The notes: a model not told the origin generated them from the sequence alone. A stretch of 64,000 nucleotides of DNA from an uncultured Rhodospirillaceae bacterium (GCA_964517265.1 CAZFBS010000003.1:71500-135499), one strand, 5' to 3'. Positions 9,428-20,265 are shown, counted from the first letter of the stretch. Translations and numbers: made by a program.

Positions 9428-9987
9428 AACGTGGCATCCAGCTGGAGGGCGTCGTTTAAACACTCCAGGTACTCCGCGGCGGGGATCTCGATGGCGCCGA
9501 ACTGGACCAGATGCGGCGTCACGAACTGGATATCGAGCAGCGAGAATTGCCCCAGGCGCAAGCGCGCCACCAGATTGACTAGGGCGATCTTGCTGGCGTC
9601 CCGCTCCCGCGAAAACATGCTTTCGCCGAAAAAGGCACCGCCCAGGGCAACCCCATAGAGGCCACCGACCAGCCGGTCTTGGCGCCAGCATTCGACGCTG
9701 TGGGCAAAGCCGGATTGGTGAAGCGCGATGAAGCTGCGCCGGATCTCGCCGTTGATCCAAGTGTCGCGCCGGCCGCTCGCCGGTGACGCACAGGCATCGA
9801 TAACGGATCGAAACGCCGTGTTGCAGCGGACCTCGAAGATCCGCTGGCGCACCGAGCGTCTCAGCCGGCGCGGCACATGAAAACGCTCGAGAGGAAAAAT
9901 TCCCCGAGTGGGCGGAGCCACCCAATGAACGACGGGATCGGAGCGACGCCGTGCCATCGGGAAGATCCCGAGGGCATACGCTCGCAA
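9352..9987 (-). CDS. aat: leucyl/phenylalanyl-tRNA--protein transferase
   Basis: LRAYALGIFPMA near the N-terminus, GGLYGVALGGAFFGESMFS and FVTPHLVQFGA motifs. Only a TTG start is available after the upstream in-frame stop. Confidence 0.85.
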   Translation of the reverse strand: MRAYALGIFPMARRRSDPVVHWVAPPTRGIFPLERFHVPRRLRRSVRQRIFEVRCNTAFRSVIDACASPASGRRDTWINGEIRRSFIALHQSGFAHSVECWRQDRLVGGLYGVALGGAFFGESMFSRERDASKIALVNLVARLRLGQFSLLDIQFVTPHLVQFGAIEIPAAEYLECLNDALQLDATFHPEDSPSIDSALEALLVQSSTQIS

Positions 9988-10156
9988 AATCAGTTCCGGC
10001 GTCAGCCGGCCGCTGGCGCCGACCGACCTAATCGAACCCTCCCAAGTGGATTCTCTTGATCATCGGCCTAAGGTAGACGTCGCATGCCGGCTCGGCAACG
10101 GCTGCGACAGAAGCGCCCGGCGGCTTATTGGCAGGCCTCGCTCCGTCGGCTCCAGG

Positions 10157-11962
10157 TCAGGTGTAGAGGGCGTCGAGCGCCGGCTGATAGTGGCGACGAA
10201 TGGCATGGCGCCGAATTTTCTGGGTGGGCGTCATTTGATCGTTATCGAGGGAGAACGGTTCGCGGGCGATGATGAAACGACGGATTTTTTCAGTCGGAGA
10301 AAGCTTGTTGTTGATCCGCTCCACCGCTGCGGCAACGCTGCGATGAAAGAAGGGATCGCTGGCAAGCAGGGAGAGATCGGCAGGCTTTCCCGCTGAGCGC
10401 GCCCACTCTTTCATCCACGCCTCGTCGGGCACGAGAAGGGCGACAAGATGTGGTCTGCCGTCGCCGGAGACCATCGCTTGCGCCACTTCCGGCTCCAGGG
10501 CCAGGATGCTTTCAATTCGTGTGGGCGAGATGTTGTCGCCGCCCGACATGACGATGATATCCTTCTTGCGATCAGTGATCCTGAGATGACCATCCGCATC
10601 GATTTCGCCGATATCGCCGGTGTGCAACCACCCTTCGCGAAGAACCTCGTGGCTGGCGTTTTCGTTGCGCCAGTAACCTTGCATCACCATCTCGCCCTGC
10701 ACGACGATTTCGCCATCATCGGCGATGCGCACGGCAACGTCTTTCAGCGGCGGGCCCACCGTGTCGATCTTGGCCTTCGACGGTCGGTTGACGCTGATCA
10801 CCGGTCCGGCTTCGGTTTGCCCGTAGCCCTGAAGAATTTGCACGCCGAGGGCCTGGAAGAACAAGCCGACCTCCGGATTGAGCGCCGCTCCGCCGGATAC
10901 CAGGGCTTTCAGGCGGCCGCCGAAAATGCCTTGCACCTTGCGCCGCACCGCACGGTCAAGGGCAGCATCGACGATCCGTTCGGCAAGGCCCAGTGAACCT
11001 TCGGCTTGGTAACGCCGCTTGCCGAGAGCGAGTGCCTGCTCGAACAGACGTTGCCGCATTCCGCCGGCTCTGCGCACGCCACGTGTGATCTTGTCGTAAA
11101 GGGTGTCGCACAAGCGCGGCACGGCGGTCATGAGGGTGGGGCGGGTCTCGAGCATGTTGGTTGCCAGTGTTTCGATCCCCTCGGCGTAGTAAATTTGGGC
11201 CCCGATGGCGACAGGGAAAAACTGTCCGGCCGTATGCTCGAAGGAGTGGGAGAGCGGCAGGAACGACAGATAGATCTCCTCGTCCAGCGGCAGTGTGGAG
11301 AGAGCGTCGCGGGCACCTTCGCAGTTATGCAGCAGCGCGCCATGGTGGAGCATGACACCCTTTGGCGCGCCGCCGGTTCCGGAGGTGTAAATGATGCAGG
11401 CGGTGTCATACCGGGAAAGATGACGGGCGGCTTGCGCAACGTCGTCACCAACCGCTTGTCCCCTCGCGAGCACCTCGCTCCAGGGGAAGATGTGGATACT
11501 GATCTGCCCGAGGGACAGCGGCTCGATGGCGATCAGAAATCGCACGTTTCCCGTGCGAACGGCGGCCGGCAGCAGCCGCCGCGCCAATCGCTCGGTGGAG
11601 ACGACAATTCCTTTGGCCTCACTGTTCTCCAGGATGTGGAAGTGGTCGACCTCCGTGTTGGTGGTGTAGGCTGGAACCGTAATGCCGCCCGCGGCCATGA
11701 TCGCCAGATCGGAAATCAGCCACTCCGGCCGGTTTTCCGAGACAAGCATCACGCGATCGCCCGCCTCAAGGCCGATCAACCGCAGCCCACGTGCCAGTGC
11801 GGACACACGCTCCGCGACGGTGCTCCAGTCGAGTGCCCGATAGGCGCCGCCCTGCTTCGCCCAAAGAAACGGACGATCGGTCAGCCGCGCGGCTTGCGCA
11901 AAGAACATCGTGACAAGATTGTCCGGACCATTTTCCCCCATCCCTGTGCTTCCCTTCGTCAT
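10157..11962 (-). CDS. long-chain fatty acid--CoA ligase (AMP-dependent synthetase)
   Basis: AMP-binding signature IIYTSGTGGAPKGV, GYGQTE, and GWLHTGDIG...RKKD. Start trimmed to the ATG at 11962; 11941 is an alternative. Confidence 0.85.
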   Translation of the reverse strand: MTKGSTGMGENGPDNLVTMFFAQAARLTDRPFLWAKQGGAYRALDWSTVAERVSALARGLRLIGLEAGDRVMLVSENRPEWLISDLAIMAAGGITVPAYTTNTEVDHFHILENSEAKGIVVSTERLARRLLPAAVRTGNVRFLIAIEPLSLGQISIHIFPWSEVLARGQAVGDDVAQAARHLSRYDTACIIYTSGTGGAPKGVMLHHGALLHNCEGARDALSTLPLDEEIYLSFLPLSHSFEHTAGQFFPVAIGAQIYYAEGIETLATNMLETRPTLMTAVPRLCDTLYDKITRGVRRAGGMRQRLFEQALALGKRRYQAEGSLGLAERIVDAALDRAVRRKVQGIFGGRLKALVSGGAALNPEVGLFFQALGVQILQGYGQTEAGPVISVNRPSKAKIDTVGPPLKDVAVRIADDGEIVVQGEMVMQGYWRNENASHEVLREGWLHTGDIGEIDADGHLRITDRKKDIIVMSGGDNISPTRIESILALEPEVAQAMVSGDGRPHLVALLVPDEAWMKEWARSAGKPADLSLLASDPFFHRSVAAAVERINNKLSPTEKIRRFIIAREPFSLDNDQMTPTQKIRRHAIRRHYQPALDALYT

Positions 11963-12032
11963 CGAGGAACGCTTGCCCTCTTGATCATCTCCCCCAAGTA
12001 TAGGAGCAGGCGACTTTCTGGGAGAAACGGAA

Positions 12033-13835
12033 TTGCCCGATTTGCAGCAGCTGACGAAGGATGCGCCCGTCCGCACGGAGGATCTGCCTTTGTGGACACT
12101 CGATGATCTCTATTCCGCACCGGATGCGCCGGAACTGGAGGAGGATCTTGAGGAGGCGCAGCGGCAGGCGGAGGCCTTCCAGGCTGATTACAGCGGGCGG
12201 CTCGCCGCGCTCACCGGCCAGGAACTCGGTGCCGCTATTGCCGCCTACGAGACCATCGTCGAGCGGCTGCACAAGGCGATGGCCTATGCGCATCTGCACT
12301 TCGCAACCGACATGAGCGATTCGGAGCGGGGGCGCTTTCTCCAGAACATCGAAGAGCGTAACAACGCGATTTCCATAAAGACATTGTTTTTTACCCTTGA
12401 GTTGAATCGGATCGACGACGCCATCTTGGAGCGGCAACTGGCCGATCCGGCCGCCGCGCGATACGCGCCCTGGATTCGTGATCTTCGGGTGTTCCGGCCT
12501 CACCAGTTGAGCGACGATTTAGAAGCGCTGCTGCATGAAAAGTCGGTGGCCGGCCGTAGTGCCTGGATTCGCTTGTTCGAGCAGTCGACGGCGCGGATGC
12601 GGTTTGCCGTGAACGGCGAGGACTTGCCGCTGGCCGACGTTCTCAATCTGATGTCCCACAACGACGGTGCCAAGCGCCGTGCCGCCGCCAAAGCGCTGGG
12701 GCAGGGGCTCGGCGAGCGCATTGATCTGTTCACGCTGATCACCAACACCTTGAGCAAGGACAAGGAAATCGAAGACCGCTGGCGCCGGTATCCGACCCCG
12801 GTCTCTTACCGAAACCTCTCAAACCGGGTTGAAGATGAGGTGGTGGATGCCCTTGTCGCTTCGATTCAGTCCGCCCATGAGGAACTGGCGCACCGCTACT
12901 ATCGGATCAAGGCGACTTGGTTCGGCAAGGAGGCGCTCGATTACTGGGATCGCAATGCACCGCTTCCGTGGGGCAATGAGCGCACGTTCACCTGGGATCA
13001 GGCGCGGGAGACGGTTCTGGGGGCATTTCGAGAGTTCCATCCGCTGATGGCGGCAACGGCGGAACCCTTCTTCGAGGGCCGCTGGATCGATGCCGCGCCG
13101 CGCCCGGGTAAGGAATCTGGTGCCTTTTCGCACCCGACGGTGCCCTCGGTCCATCCTTACGTCTTGATGAATTACTATGGCCGTCCCCGCGATGTCACTA
13201 CTTTGGCCCACGAACTCGGACACGGGGTGCATCAGGTGCTGGCCGGTGGGCAGGGTTCCCTGATGGCGGATACGCCGTTGACGCTTGCGGAAACCGCTTC
13301 GGTATTCGGAGAGATGCTCGTGTTCCGGGCCTTGCTCAGTGCAGAGCGCGATCCTCGTCACCGTCAGCGTCTGCTTGCCGGCAAGGTCGAGGACATGTTG
13401 AACACGGTCGTGCGTCAGATCGCGTTCTATGAGTTCGAACGGCGAGTCCATGGCGAGCGCAGTCGGGCGGAACTCTCGGCTGAGCGGCTCGGCGAGATCT
13501 GGCTCCAGATTCAGCGTGAAAGCCTGGGGCCATCAATTCGCCTCGAAGACGAATACCGTTACTTCTGGGCTTACATCCCTCACTTTGTCCATTCTCCGTT
13601 CTACGTCTATGCGTATGCGTTCGGCGATTGCCTGGTCAATTCGCTGTATCAGATTTACACGGATCATCCGCAAGGGTTTGCCGACAAGTATATCGAGATG
13701 CTTCGGGCGGGGGGAACGCTGACGCATCATGAATTGCTGAAGCCATTCGGTCTCGATGCGAAGGATCCCGGATTCTGGCGCAACGGCATCAATGTGATCA
13801 CTGGCTTGATCGACGAGATCGAATCGCTGAGATAG
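12033..13835 (+). CDS. pepF: M3-family oligoendopeptidase F
   Basis: 600-aa ORF with an HELGHGVH zinc motif and PepF-like length and layout. TTG start is provisional. Confidence 0.85.
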   Translation: MPDLQQLTKDAPVRTEDLPLWTLDDLYSAPDAPELEEDLEEAQRQAEAFQADYSGRLAALTGQELGAAIAAYETIVERLHKAMAYAHLHFATDMSDSERGRFLQNIEERNNAISIKTLFFTLELNRIDDAILERQLADPAAARYAPWIRDLRVFRPHQLSDDLEALLHEKSVAGRSAWIRLFEQSTARMRFAVNGEDLPLADVLNLMSHNDGAKRRAAAKALGQGLGERIDLFTLITNTLSKDKEIEDRWRRYPTPVSYRNLSNRVEDEVVDALVASIQSAHEELAHRYYRIKATWFGKEALDYWDRNAPLPWGNERTFTWDQARETVLGAFREFHPLMAATAEPFFEGRWIDAAPRPGKESGAFSHPTVPSVHPYVLMNYYGRPRDVTTLAHELGHGVHQVLAGGQGSLMADTPLTLAETASVFGEMLVFRALLSAERDPRHRQRLLAGKVEDMLNTVVRQIAFYEFERRVHGERSRAELSAERLGEIWLQIQRESLGPSIRLEDEYRYFWAYIPHFVHSPFYVYAYAFGDCLVNSLYQIYTDHPQGFADKYIEMLRAGGTLTHHELLKPFGLDAKDPGFWRNGINVITGLIDEIESLR

Positions 13836-13983
13836 AACTGCCTTGGGATCGCTTTCCCTGCATGTAGCCTGTTCCTACATGAAAAAGGCTAGGTTTCAGG
13901 CGCACCGATGATCGAGAGCGAAGCGAGATCCGTACCATCCCGTAAGAGCGCGGCACCCGAACATGTAGGACGCAAGGAAAGGC

Positions 13984-15366
13984 GTGGTGGCAATGACTGA
14001 GAGCGCTTCCGAAAGACGTCGTGTGCGTGGCGAAGAGAGCTCATTCGGCGGCCGGATGATGCGGTTCGCCCGGGTCGGAACGGCGGTGGGAGGGGCGGCT
14101 GCGCGTTTTGCCGGCTCCCGGCTGTTCGGTGTGCAGATCGAAAACCCTGAGGCGGCGGCGGAGTTGAAGATCGCCCTGGGTGGCCTCAAGGGACCGCTGA
14201 TGAAGGTGGCGCAGATCATGTCCACCGTTCCGGATTTGCTGCCGGAAGCCTATTCGACGGAACTGGCGGAACTGCAAACCAATGCGCCTGCGATGGGATG
14301 GGCTTTCGTCAAGCGACGGATGTCGACCGAACTGGGGCCGGACTGGCAGCGACGGTTTGCGTCATTCGAGCACGAAGCCGCCGCAGCGGCATCGCTGGGA
14401 CAGGTTCATCGGGCGGTGGCTCATGACGGCCGGCAGCTTGCCTGCAAACTGCAGTATCCGGACATGGCGTCTGCGGTTGAGGCCGATCTGCAGCAGCTGA
14501 GAATCATTTTTTCGATCTATCGGCGCTATGACCGCTCGATTGACCCGACGGAGGTGCATGCGGAACTGACCGAACGCCTCCGCGAGGAGCTCGACTACAC
14601 GCGTGAGGCCCGCCACATGGGCCTCTATGCCCACATGCACGCCGACGAGCCCGGTGTCCATGTGCCGGAGCCATTGCCGGAGCTGTGTACCGAACGGCTG
14701 CTGACGATGACTTGGCTGGATGGCGTGCCGATCATGCGGTATGTCGACGAACACCTCGAGGTGCGCAACGCCGTCGCTCTCAACATGTTTCGCGCGTGGT
14801 ACGTTCCTCTTTATCGTTGCGGGGTCATTCATGGCGACCCGCATCTCGGCAATTACACCGTCAGGCCCGATAATTCGATCAACTTGCTGGACTTCGGGTG
14901 TGTGCGTGTCTTCCGGCCGTCGTTCGTTCGGGCGGTGATCGATCTTTACCGGGCTCTTCTCGCGAACGATGAGGATTTGGCTGTATCGGCGTACGAAACC
15001 TGGGGTTTCAAGAACCTGAACCGCGAGATGATCGAGATCCTCAATCACTGGGCGCGCTTTCTCTATCGGCCGCTGATGGAAGACAAAATCCAGCGCATTC
15101 AGGACGACGACGGGGTCAAGCATGGGGCGCAAGTTGCCGCAAAGGTGCACCAGGGACTCAAGGCCGCAGGGGGTGTAACGCCTCCACGGGAATTCGTGTT
15201 GATGGATCGTGCCGCCATCGGGCTTGGCAGCGTGTTCACGCGCTTGAAGGCGGAAATCAACTGGCACCAGGTTTTTCACCGCCTGATCGAAGACTTCGAC
15301 GAAGACCGCCTAAGGGAACGTCAGGCGGCGGCCCTTGCCCGCTTCGAGCTGCCCCATCCCGCCTGA
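13984..15366 (+). CDS. ABC1/UbiB-family atypical kinase
   Basis: KGPLMKVAQIMSTVPDLLP, AAASLGQVHRA and HGDPHLGN motifs are characteristic of the ABC1/AarF/UbiB kinase family. Confidence 0.85.
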   Translation: MVAMTESASERRRVRGEESSFGGRMMRFARVGTAVGGAAARFAGSRLFGVQIENPEAAAELKIALGGLKGPLMKVAQIMSTVPDLLPEAYSTELAELQTNAPAMGWAFVKRRMSTELGPDWQRRFASFEHEAAAAASLGQVHRAVAHDGRQLACKLQYPDMASAVEADLQQLRIIFSIYRRYDRSIDPTEVHAELTERLREELDYTREARHMGLYAHMHADEPGVHVPEPLPELCTERLLTMTWLDGVPIMRYVDEHLEVRNAVALNMFRAWYVPLYRCGVIHGDPHLGNYTVRPDNSINLLDFGCVRVFRPSFVRAVIDLYRALLANDEDLAVSAYETWGFKNLNREMIEILNHWARFLYRPLMEDKIQRIQDDDGVKHGAQVAAKVHQGLKAAGGVTPPREFVLMDRAAIGLGSVFTRLKAEINWHQVFHRLIEDFDEDRLRERQAAALARFELPHPA

Positions 15367-15600
15367 ATGCCGCGGATCTGCCGCTTGGTGCGGCGTTCCT
15401 TGGCGGAATGAGCGCTTTTTGCACCGCAAGTACACGTACTGATGGTGTGAAGCGGTCTTTTGAGCCCTCACGCGCCGATCTAAAGACATTTCCACCGCCG
15501 GGAACCTGTTTTTCCGAGGTCCCCCCCTTGTGCATCTCGGTTGGAGCGTGCATAAACGCGCCGCACACTTTCCGGAATGGAGAGGGCAGGGGACTTCAAA

Positions 15601-16752
15601 ATGAAAATCGCAATACCGAAAGAACGGGCGCCGGGTGAGACCCGGGTCGCAGGCTCGCCCGACGTCGTCAAGAAACTCGTCGGCTTTGGCTTTGATGTGG
15701 TGGTGGAAACGGGTGCCGGCGCCCACGCGGCCATGACAGATGACGATTTTCGCGCCGCCGGCGCGACCATTGCTGATGACGAGGCGTCAGCCCTGAAGGA
15801 TGCCGATGTCATCCTCAAGGTGCAGCGTCCGATCCTGGACGAGAACAACAACGAACTGGCGCTGATGAAACAGGGCGCTTTTCTGGTCGGCTATCTGGCC
15901 GCTCTCAGCAACCGCGGCGACGTTGACGCCTACGCCAAGGCGGGTGTCAATGCGTTCGCCATGGAATTGATGCCGCGCATATCGCGGGCTCAGTCGATGG
16001 ACGTGCTGTCAAGCCAAAGCAATCTTGCCGGCTATCGCGCGGTGATCGATGCCGCCGCCGAATACCACAGCGCCTTACCGTTGATGATGACCTCTGCGGG
16101 CACTGTGGCGCCGGCCAAGATCTTCATCATGGGGGTCGGCGTCGCCGGATTGCAAGCCATCGCCACCGCCAAACGTTTGGGTGCCGTGGTCACTGCGACC
16201 GATGTCCGGCCGGCAACCAAGGAACAGGTCGAAAGCCTCGGCGGCAAGTTCATCATGGTTGACGAAGGGGCGATGAAGGAAGCGGAGACCACCGGCGGCT
16301 ACGCCAAGGAAATGTCGGAAGACTTCAAGCGCCGACAAGCCGAGGTCGTCGCCGATCATGTCAAGAAGCAGGATATCGTGATCACGACGGCGCTCATCCC
16401 CGGACGACCGGCACCGGAGCTCGTTTCGGAGGAGATGGTCAAGAGCATGCGTCCGGGCTCGGTCATCATCGATCTTGCCGTCGAAGCGGGGGGCAACTGT
16501 CCTCTTTCCCGGCCCGGGGAAACCGTTGTTGCCAACGGCGTCAAGATCGTCGGGCCGATCAACGTGCCGGGACGTCTGCCTCGCGACGCAAGCATGCTGT
16601 TTGCCAAGAACCTTTTGAATTTCTTGAGCCCGCATGTCGATAAAGAAAGCAAGACCTTCAAATTCGATTGGGACGACGAGACCGTCAAAGGAACCCTGTT
16701 GACCCGGGACGGAAAGATCGTCAACCCGCTGCTGACTGAAGAGGGGAAATGA
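15601..16752 (+). CDS. pntAA: NAD(P) transhydrogenase subunit alpha part 1
   Basis: [18 protein letters not shown]-terminus, [23 protein letters not shown] and [18 protein letters not shown] motifs. ATG at 15601. Confidence 0.95.
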   Translation: MKIAIPKERAPGETRVAGSPDVVKKLVGFGFDVVVETGAGAHAAMTDDDFRAAGATIADDEASALKDADVILKVQRPILDENNNELALMKQGAFLVGYLAALSNRGDVDAYAKAGVNAFAMELMPRISRAQSMDVLSSQSNLAGYRAVIDAAAEYHSALPLMMTSAGTVAPAKIFIMGVGVAGLQAIATAKRLGAVVTATDVRPATKEQVESLGGKFIMVDEGAMKEAETTGGYAKEMSEDFKRRQAEVVADHVKKQDIVITTALIPGRPAPELVSEEMVKSMRPGSVIIDLAVEAGGNCPLSRPGETVVANGVKIVGPINVPGRLPRDASMLFAKNLLNFLSPHVDKESKTFKFDWDDETVKGTLLTRDGKIVNPLLTEEGK

Positions 16753-17168
16753 CCATGGATTCGGCAACCCTCGTTGACAATGCGCAACGCCTCGCTGTGG
16801 AAGCGGCGAGACTGGCGGAGCAGGCCACCAACTTGGCTACGGAAGCGGTTCTGCTGACCGCAGTGCAGCCCGCTGTCGAAACGCACGGCAATTTTCTAGC
16901 GCTTTTCACCGTTTTCGTTCTGGCGTGCTTTGTCGGGTTCTATGTGGTGTGGAGCGTCACGCCGGCCCTGCACTCACCGCTGATGAGCGTGACCAATGCC
17001 ATTTCATCGGTGATCATCGTCGGCGGCCTGCTCGCTGCCGGCCCCGCTCATATCGATTTTTCCAGCCTGATGGGATTCTTCGCCGTGACGCTCGCCTCCG
17101 TGAATATCTTCGGCGGCTTCATCGTGACCCATCGTATGCTGCAAATGTTCAAGAAAAAGAAGCGGTAG
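16749..17168 (+). CDS. pntAB: NAD(P) transhydrogenase subunit alpha part 2 (membrane)
   Basis: 139-aa membrane protein with [22 protein letters not shown]. Its ATG overlaps the pntAA stop (ATGA). Confidence 0.9.
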   Translation: MTMDSATLVDNAQRLAVEAARLAEQATNLATEAVLLTAVQPAVETHGNFLALFTVFVLACFVGFYVVWSVTPALHSPLMSVTNAISSVIIVGGLLAAGPAHIDFSSLMGFFAVTLASVNIFGGFIVTHRMLQMFKKKKR

Positions 17169-17180
17169 GGGGCCGCGAGC

Positions 17181-18572
17181 ATGTATGCATCCGAACTAAC
17201 GGGCCTTGCCTACCTCATCGCCGCGGTCTTGTTCATCCTCGCGCTGAGGGGATTGAGCCATCCGGAGTCCGCGCGCCAAGGCAACATCTGCGGCATCGTC
17301 GGTATGGTGATCGCCGTCGTTACGACCTTGCTGCGGCCGGACGTGGTGAACTATTCGCTGATCATTCCGGCCGTGCTCATCGGTGGTGGTATCGGAACGG
17401 TCATTGCCCTGCGCATCCAGATGACGGCGCTGCCGCAGCTGGTTGCGGGATTTCATAGCCTTGTCGGTCTTGCCGCGGTCTTCGTGGCGACGGCGGCGCT
17501 GTATCACCCGGAAGCCTATAACATCGGCAGAGTCGGCGCGATTTCCGGAGCGAGCCTGATCGAGATGGGCCTTGGCACCGCGATCGGCGCCATTACCTTC
17601 TCCGGCTCGGTCATCGCGTTCCTGAAGCTGCAGGCTCTGATGAGCGGCAATCCGATCACCTTCCCGTTCCAGCACCCGTTGAACGCGGTGATCGGCGCCT
17701 TCATCGTCGTTATGATCATCGTCTTCGCGGCGACGGAATCCTACACCGCCTACTGGCTGCTGGTGCTGGCGGCGTTTGCCATCGGCTTTCTGCTGATCAT
17801 CCCGATCGGCGGCGCCGATATGCCCGTCGTGGTGTCGATGCTCAACTCCTACTCCGGGTGGGCCGCGGCCGGTATCGGCTTTACGCTCGGCAATCCGGCG
17901 CTGGTTATCACTGGTGCGTTGGTCGGCTCTTCCGGTGCCATCCTCAGCTACATCATGTGCAAGGGGATGAACCGGTCGATCTTCAATGTGCTGTTGGGCG
18001 GCTTCGGTGGTGAAGGGGCGGCCCCCGTCGCCGGTGCCACAGGCGATCGTTCCGTCAAGGCGGGCAGCGCCGAGGACGCTGCGTTCATCATGAAGAATGC
18101 GAGCAAGGTGATCATCGTGCCGGGTTACGGCATGGCGGTGGCGCAGGCCCAGCATGCGCTGCGCGAGATGGGGGACATGCTCAAGGAGGAGGGGGTCGAG
18201 GTCAAATACGCGATTCACCCGGTTGCGGGGCGCATGCCGGGTCACATGAACGTGTTGCTGGCAGAGGCGAACGTGCCCTACGACGAAGTGTTCGAGCTCG
18301 AGGAGATCAACCACGAGTTCTCGACGACCGACGTTGCCTTCGTCATCGGGGCCAACGACATTACCAATCCGTCGGCGCGAACGGACAAGACCAGCCCGAT
18401 CTACGGGATGCCGATCCTCGATGTCGACAAGGCGGGAACAACCCTGTTCATCAAGCGTTCGATGGCTTCCGGCTACGCCGGCGTCGACAACCCGTTGTTC
18501 TTCGGCGACAAGACGATGATGCTGTTCGGCGACGCGAAGAAGGTGACGGAGGAGATCGTTCAGGCCCTCTGA
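17181..18572 (+). CDS. pntB: NAD(P) transhydrogenase subunit beta
   Basis: 463-aa protein with an N-terminal multi-TM domain and a C-terminal dIII domain (GYGMAVAQAQH...HPVAGRMPGHMNVLLAEA). Confidence 0.95.
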   Translation: MYASELTGLAYLIAAVLFILALRGLSHPESARQGNICGIVGMVIAVVTTLLRPDVVNYSLIIPAVLIGGGIGTVIALRIQMTALPQLVAGFHSLVGLAAVFVATAALYHPEAYNIGRVGAISGASLIEMGLGTAIGAITFSGSVIAFLKLQALMSGNPITFPFQHPLNAVIGAFIVVMIIVFAATESYTAYWLLVLAAFAIGFLLIIPIGGADMPVVVSMLNSYSGWAAAGIGFTLGNPALVITGALVGSSGAILSYIMCKGMNRSIFNVLLGGFGGEGAAPVAGATGDRSVKAGSAEDAAFIMKNASKVIIVPGYGMAVAQAQHALREMGDMLKEEGVEVKYAIHPVAGRMPGHMNVLLAEANVPYDEVFELEEINHEFSTTDVAFVIGANDITNPSARTDKTSPIYGMPILDVDKAGTTLFIKRSMASGYAGVDNPLFFGDKTMMLFGDAKKVTEEIVQAL

Positions 18573-18874
18573 TCTGCGGGCTTCGCGTCAAGCCCGAGAT
18601 CTGCCCGTCTGTGGCGGAGGAGGGCTACGAGGTACTGGCGGCGGGACCTGAAACGGCTCCGCCGTCTTTCTTTTATCTCGCCGCCCATGTTCGGCACGTC
18701 GAAGTCTCTCGCGTGATCGCGCTGCCAGGAAGCCATGCAAGGAATGCAACGTGCACCAGCCCTGTTCGTCTCTCGCTCCGAGGGGTTCTCGATGCCGATT
18801 TCGACGCCGACAAGAACAGCCATCGCTGCGATCGGGGGAGCGTCTTCGGACGATGACGAAGAAGAGAAAAGTTG

Positions 18875-19834
18875 ATGCGGACCCATGTCTTCGTCTCTCC
18901 CCACTTCGACGACGTCGTGGGCTCGTGTGCCGGGATCATTCAGCGGCTTCGCGCGGCCGGTCATGAGGTGCGAATCCTGACGGTGTTCGGTGGCCGGGAG
19001 CGTCCTCCTTTTTCGGAGGTGGCGTCGTCAATGCACCGGGAATGGGAGTTGCAGGATGTTGTCGTCGCCCGGCGTTGCGAGGATGAAATGGCCTGCGCCG
19101 TTCTCGATGCCACGTCCGGCTCTTGCGACCTTCCGGACTCGATCTACCGGATGGACGACTCCGGGCGGCATCTTTATCGGACGTTTCCCGCGCTGATCGG
19201 CGCGGTGGACAAAGCGGATCGCGAGTTGCCGAAGCGCATCGCCGAACGGCTCGATCCGATTGTTCCGGCTGCCGATGTCGTTGTCTACAGCCCGGCCGCT
19301 GTCGGCAATCACGTGGATCATGTACTCACAAGGCGCGCGGTCGAAATGTTACGCCCCGGCCACATGCCGATCATCTACTACCGAGAGTTCTTCTATGAAC
19401 AATTTGGCGACACACCGCTGTTGCCGGGATCGCGGATACTCAAGGTGACCCTCGAGCCGCGTGAAGTCGAGCTTAAGATCACCGCCTTTGCTGCGTATAG
19501 GTCTCAAATCAAGAGCCTGTTCGGAGACGAAAAAGGGCTGCATCGCTACTTCAGGACGCGGGGAACCGTCGAGGGATTGTTCATCCCGAAGGACGTGCCA
19601 CCCGCGCTTTACAACGAACTTGTGGATGTGATGCGCGCACGCATCGTCTCTTGGCGCCTGCAAAAGACCGTTCAGGCGCTGACGGCCCCGTTAAGACGAC
19701 AGCGGGCTGCAGCGATCTTGAATGCGGGGGCGCCGATGGCAGGCAAGCCGGGCGTCCGCCTTCGCCGACTGATCTCCCGCATGATCCGTTTCCTGAATGG
19801 CGCCATGCACCGGCGGTCCAGTCGGGCCAAGTAG
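18875..19834 (+). CDS. PIG-L/LmbE-family deacetylase with basic C-terminal extension
   Basis: VFVSPHFDDVVGSCAG and GNHVDH motifs match the PIG-L (LmbE-like) fold. ATG at 18875. Confidence 0.75.
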   Translation: MRTHVFVSPHFDDVVGSCAGIIQRLRAAGHEVRILTVFGGRERPPFSEVASSMHREWELQDVVVARRCEDEMACAVLDATSGSCDLPDSIYRMDDSGRHLYRTFPALIGAVDKADRELPKRIAERLDPIVPAADVVVYSPAAVGNHVDHVLTRRAVEMLRPGHMPIIYYREFFYEQFGDTPLLPGSRILKVTLEPREVELKITAFAAYRSQIKSLFGDEKGLHRYFRTRGTVEGLFIPKDVPPALYNELVDVMRARIVSWRLQKTVQALTAPLRRQRAAAILNAGAPMAGKPGVRLRRLISRMIRFLNGAMHRRSSRAK

Positions 19835-19922
19835 GCGCGCTGGATAAGGCTCCCACCGCAACTGTGCGGCGGATGGATAGGCAAACAGTAAAGGAAGCGG
19901 AAAGGGGAAGGGGGAATTCTCG

Positions 19923-20126
19923 TTAGAAGCCTTCCCGCTCGACGCGCTTGCGCTCAAGTTTACGAGCCCGCCGCACCGCCTCGGCCTGCTCCCTCGCACG
20001 TTTTTCCGACGGCTTTTCATAGGACCGTCGTCGTTTCATCTCACGGAATATCCCTTCGCGTTGCATTTTCTTTTTCAACGCTTTCAAGGCTTGGTCAACG
20101 TTGTTGTCACGGACGATCACTTGCAC
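19923..20126 (-). CDS. rpsU: 30S ribosomal protein S21
   Basis: [31 protein letters not shown] is canonical S21. GTG start is preceded by AAGGAGAG. Confidence 0.9.
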   Translation of the reverse strand: MQVIVRDNNVDQALKALKKKMQREGIFREMKRRRSYEKPSEKRAREQAEAVRRARKLERKRVEREGF

Positions 20127-20265
20127 GAGAAACGGCTCTCCTTTTTCATGGGTTGAAGACACGTCAGACAAGGGGCGTTCTCATAGCACACAGCGGCATC
20201 CCTTGTGAAGCGTTGCTGCGAAGGCGGTGCCTGACAAGCACGGCGCCATCGGTGTAAGGTGGTGC

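Noticed and set aside
17196-18314. 372-aa minus-strand ORF
   Set aside because: Antisense to pntB. The composition is Arg/Asp/His-rich shadow-frame sequence.
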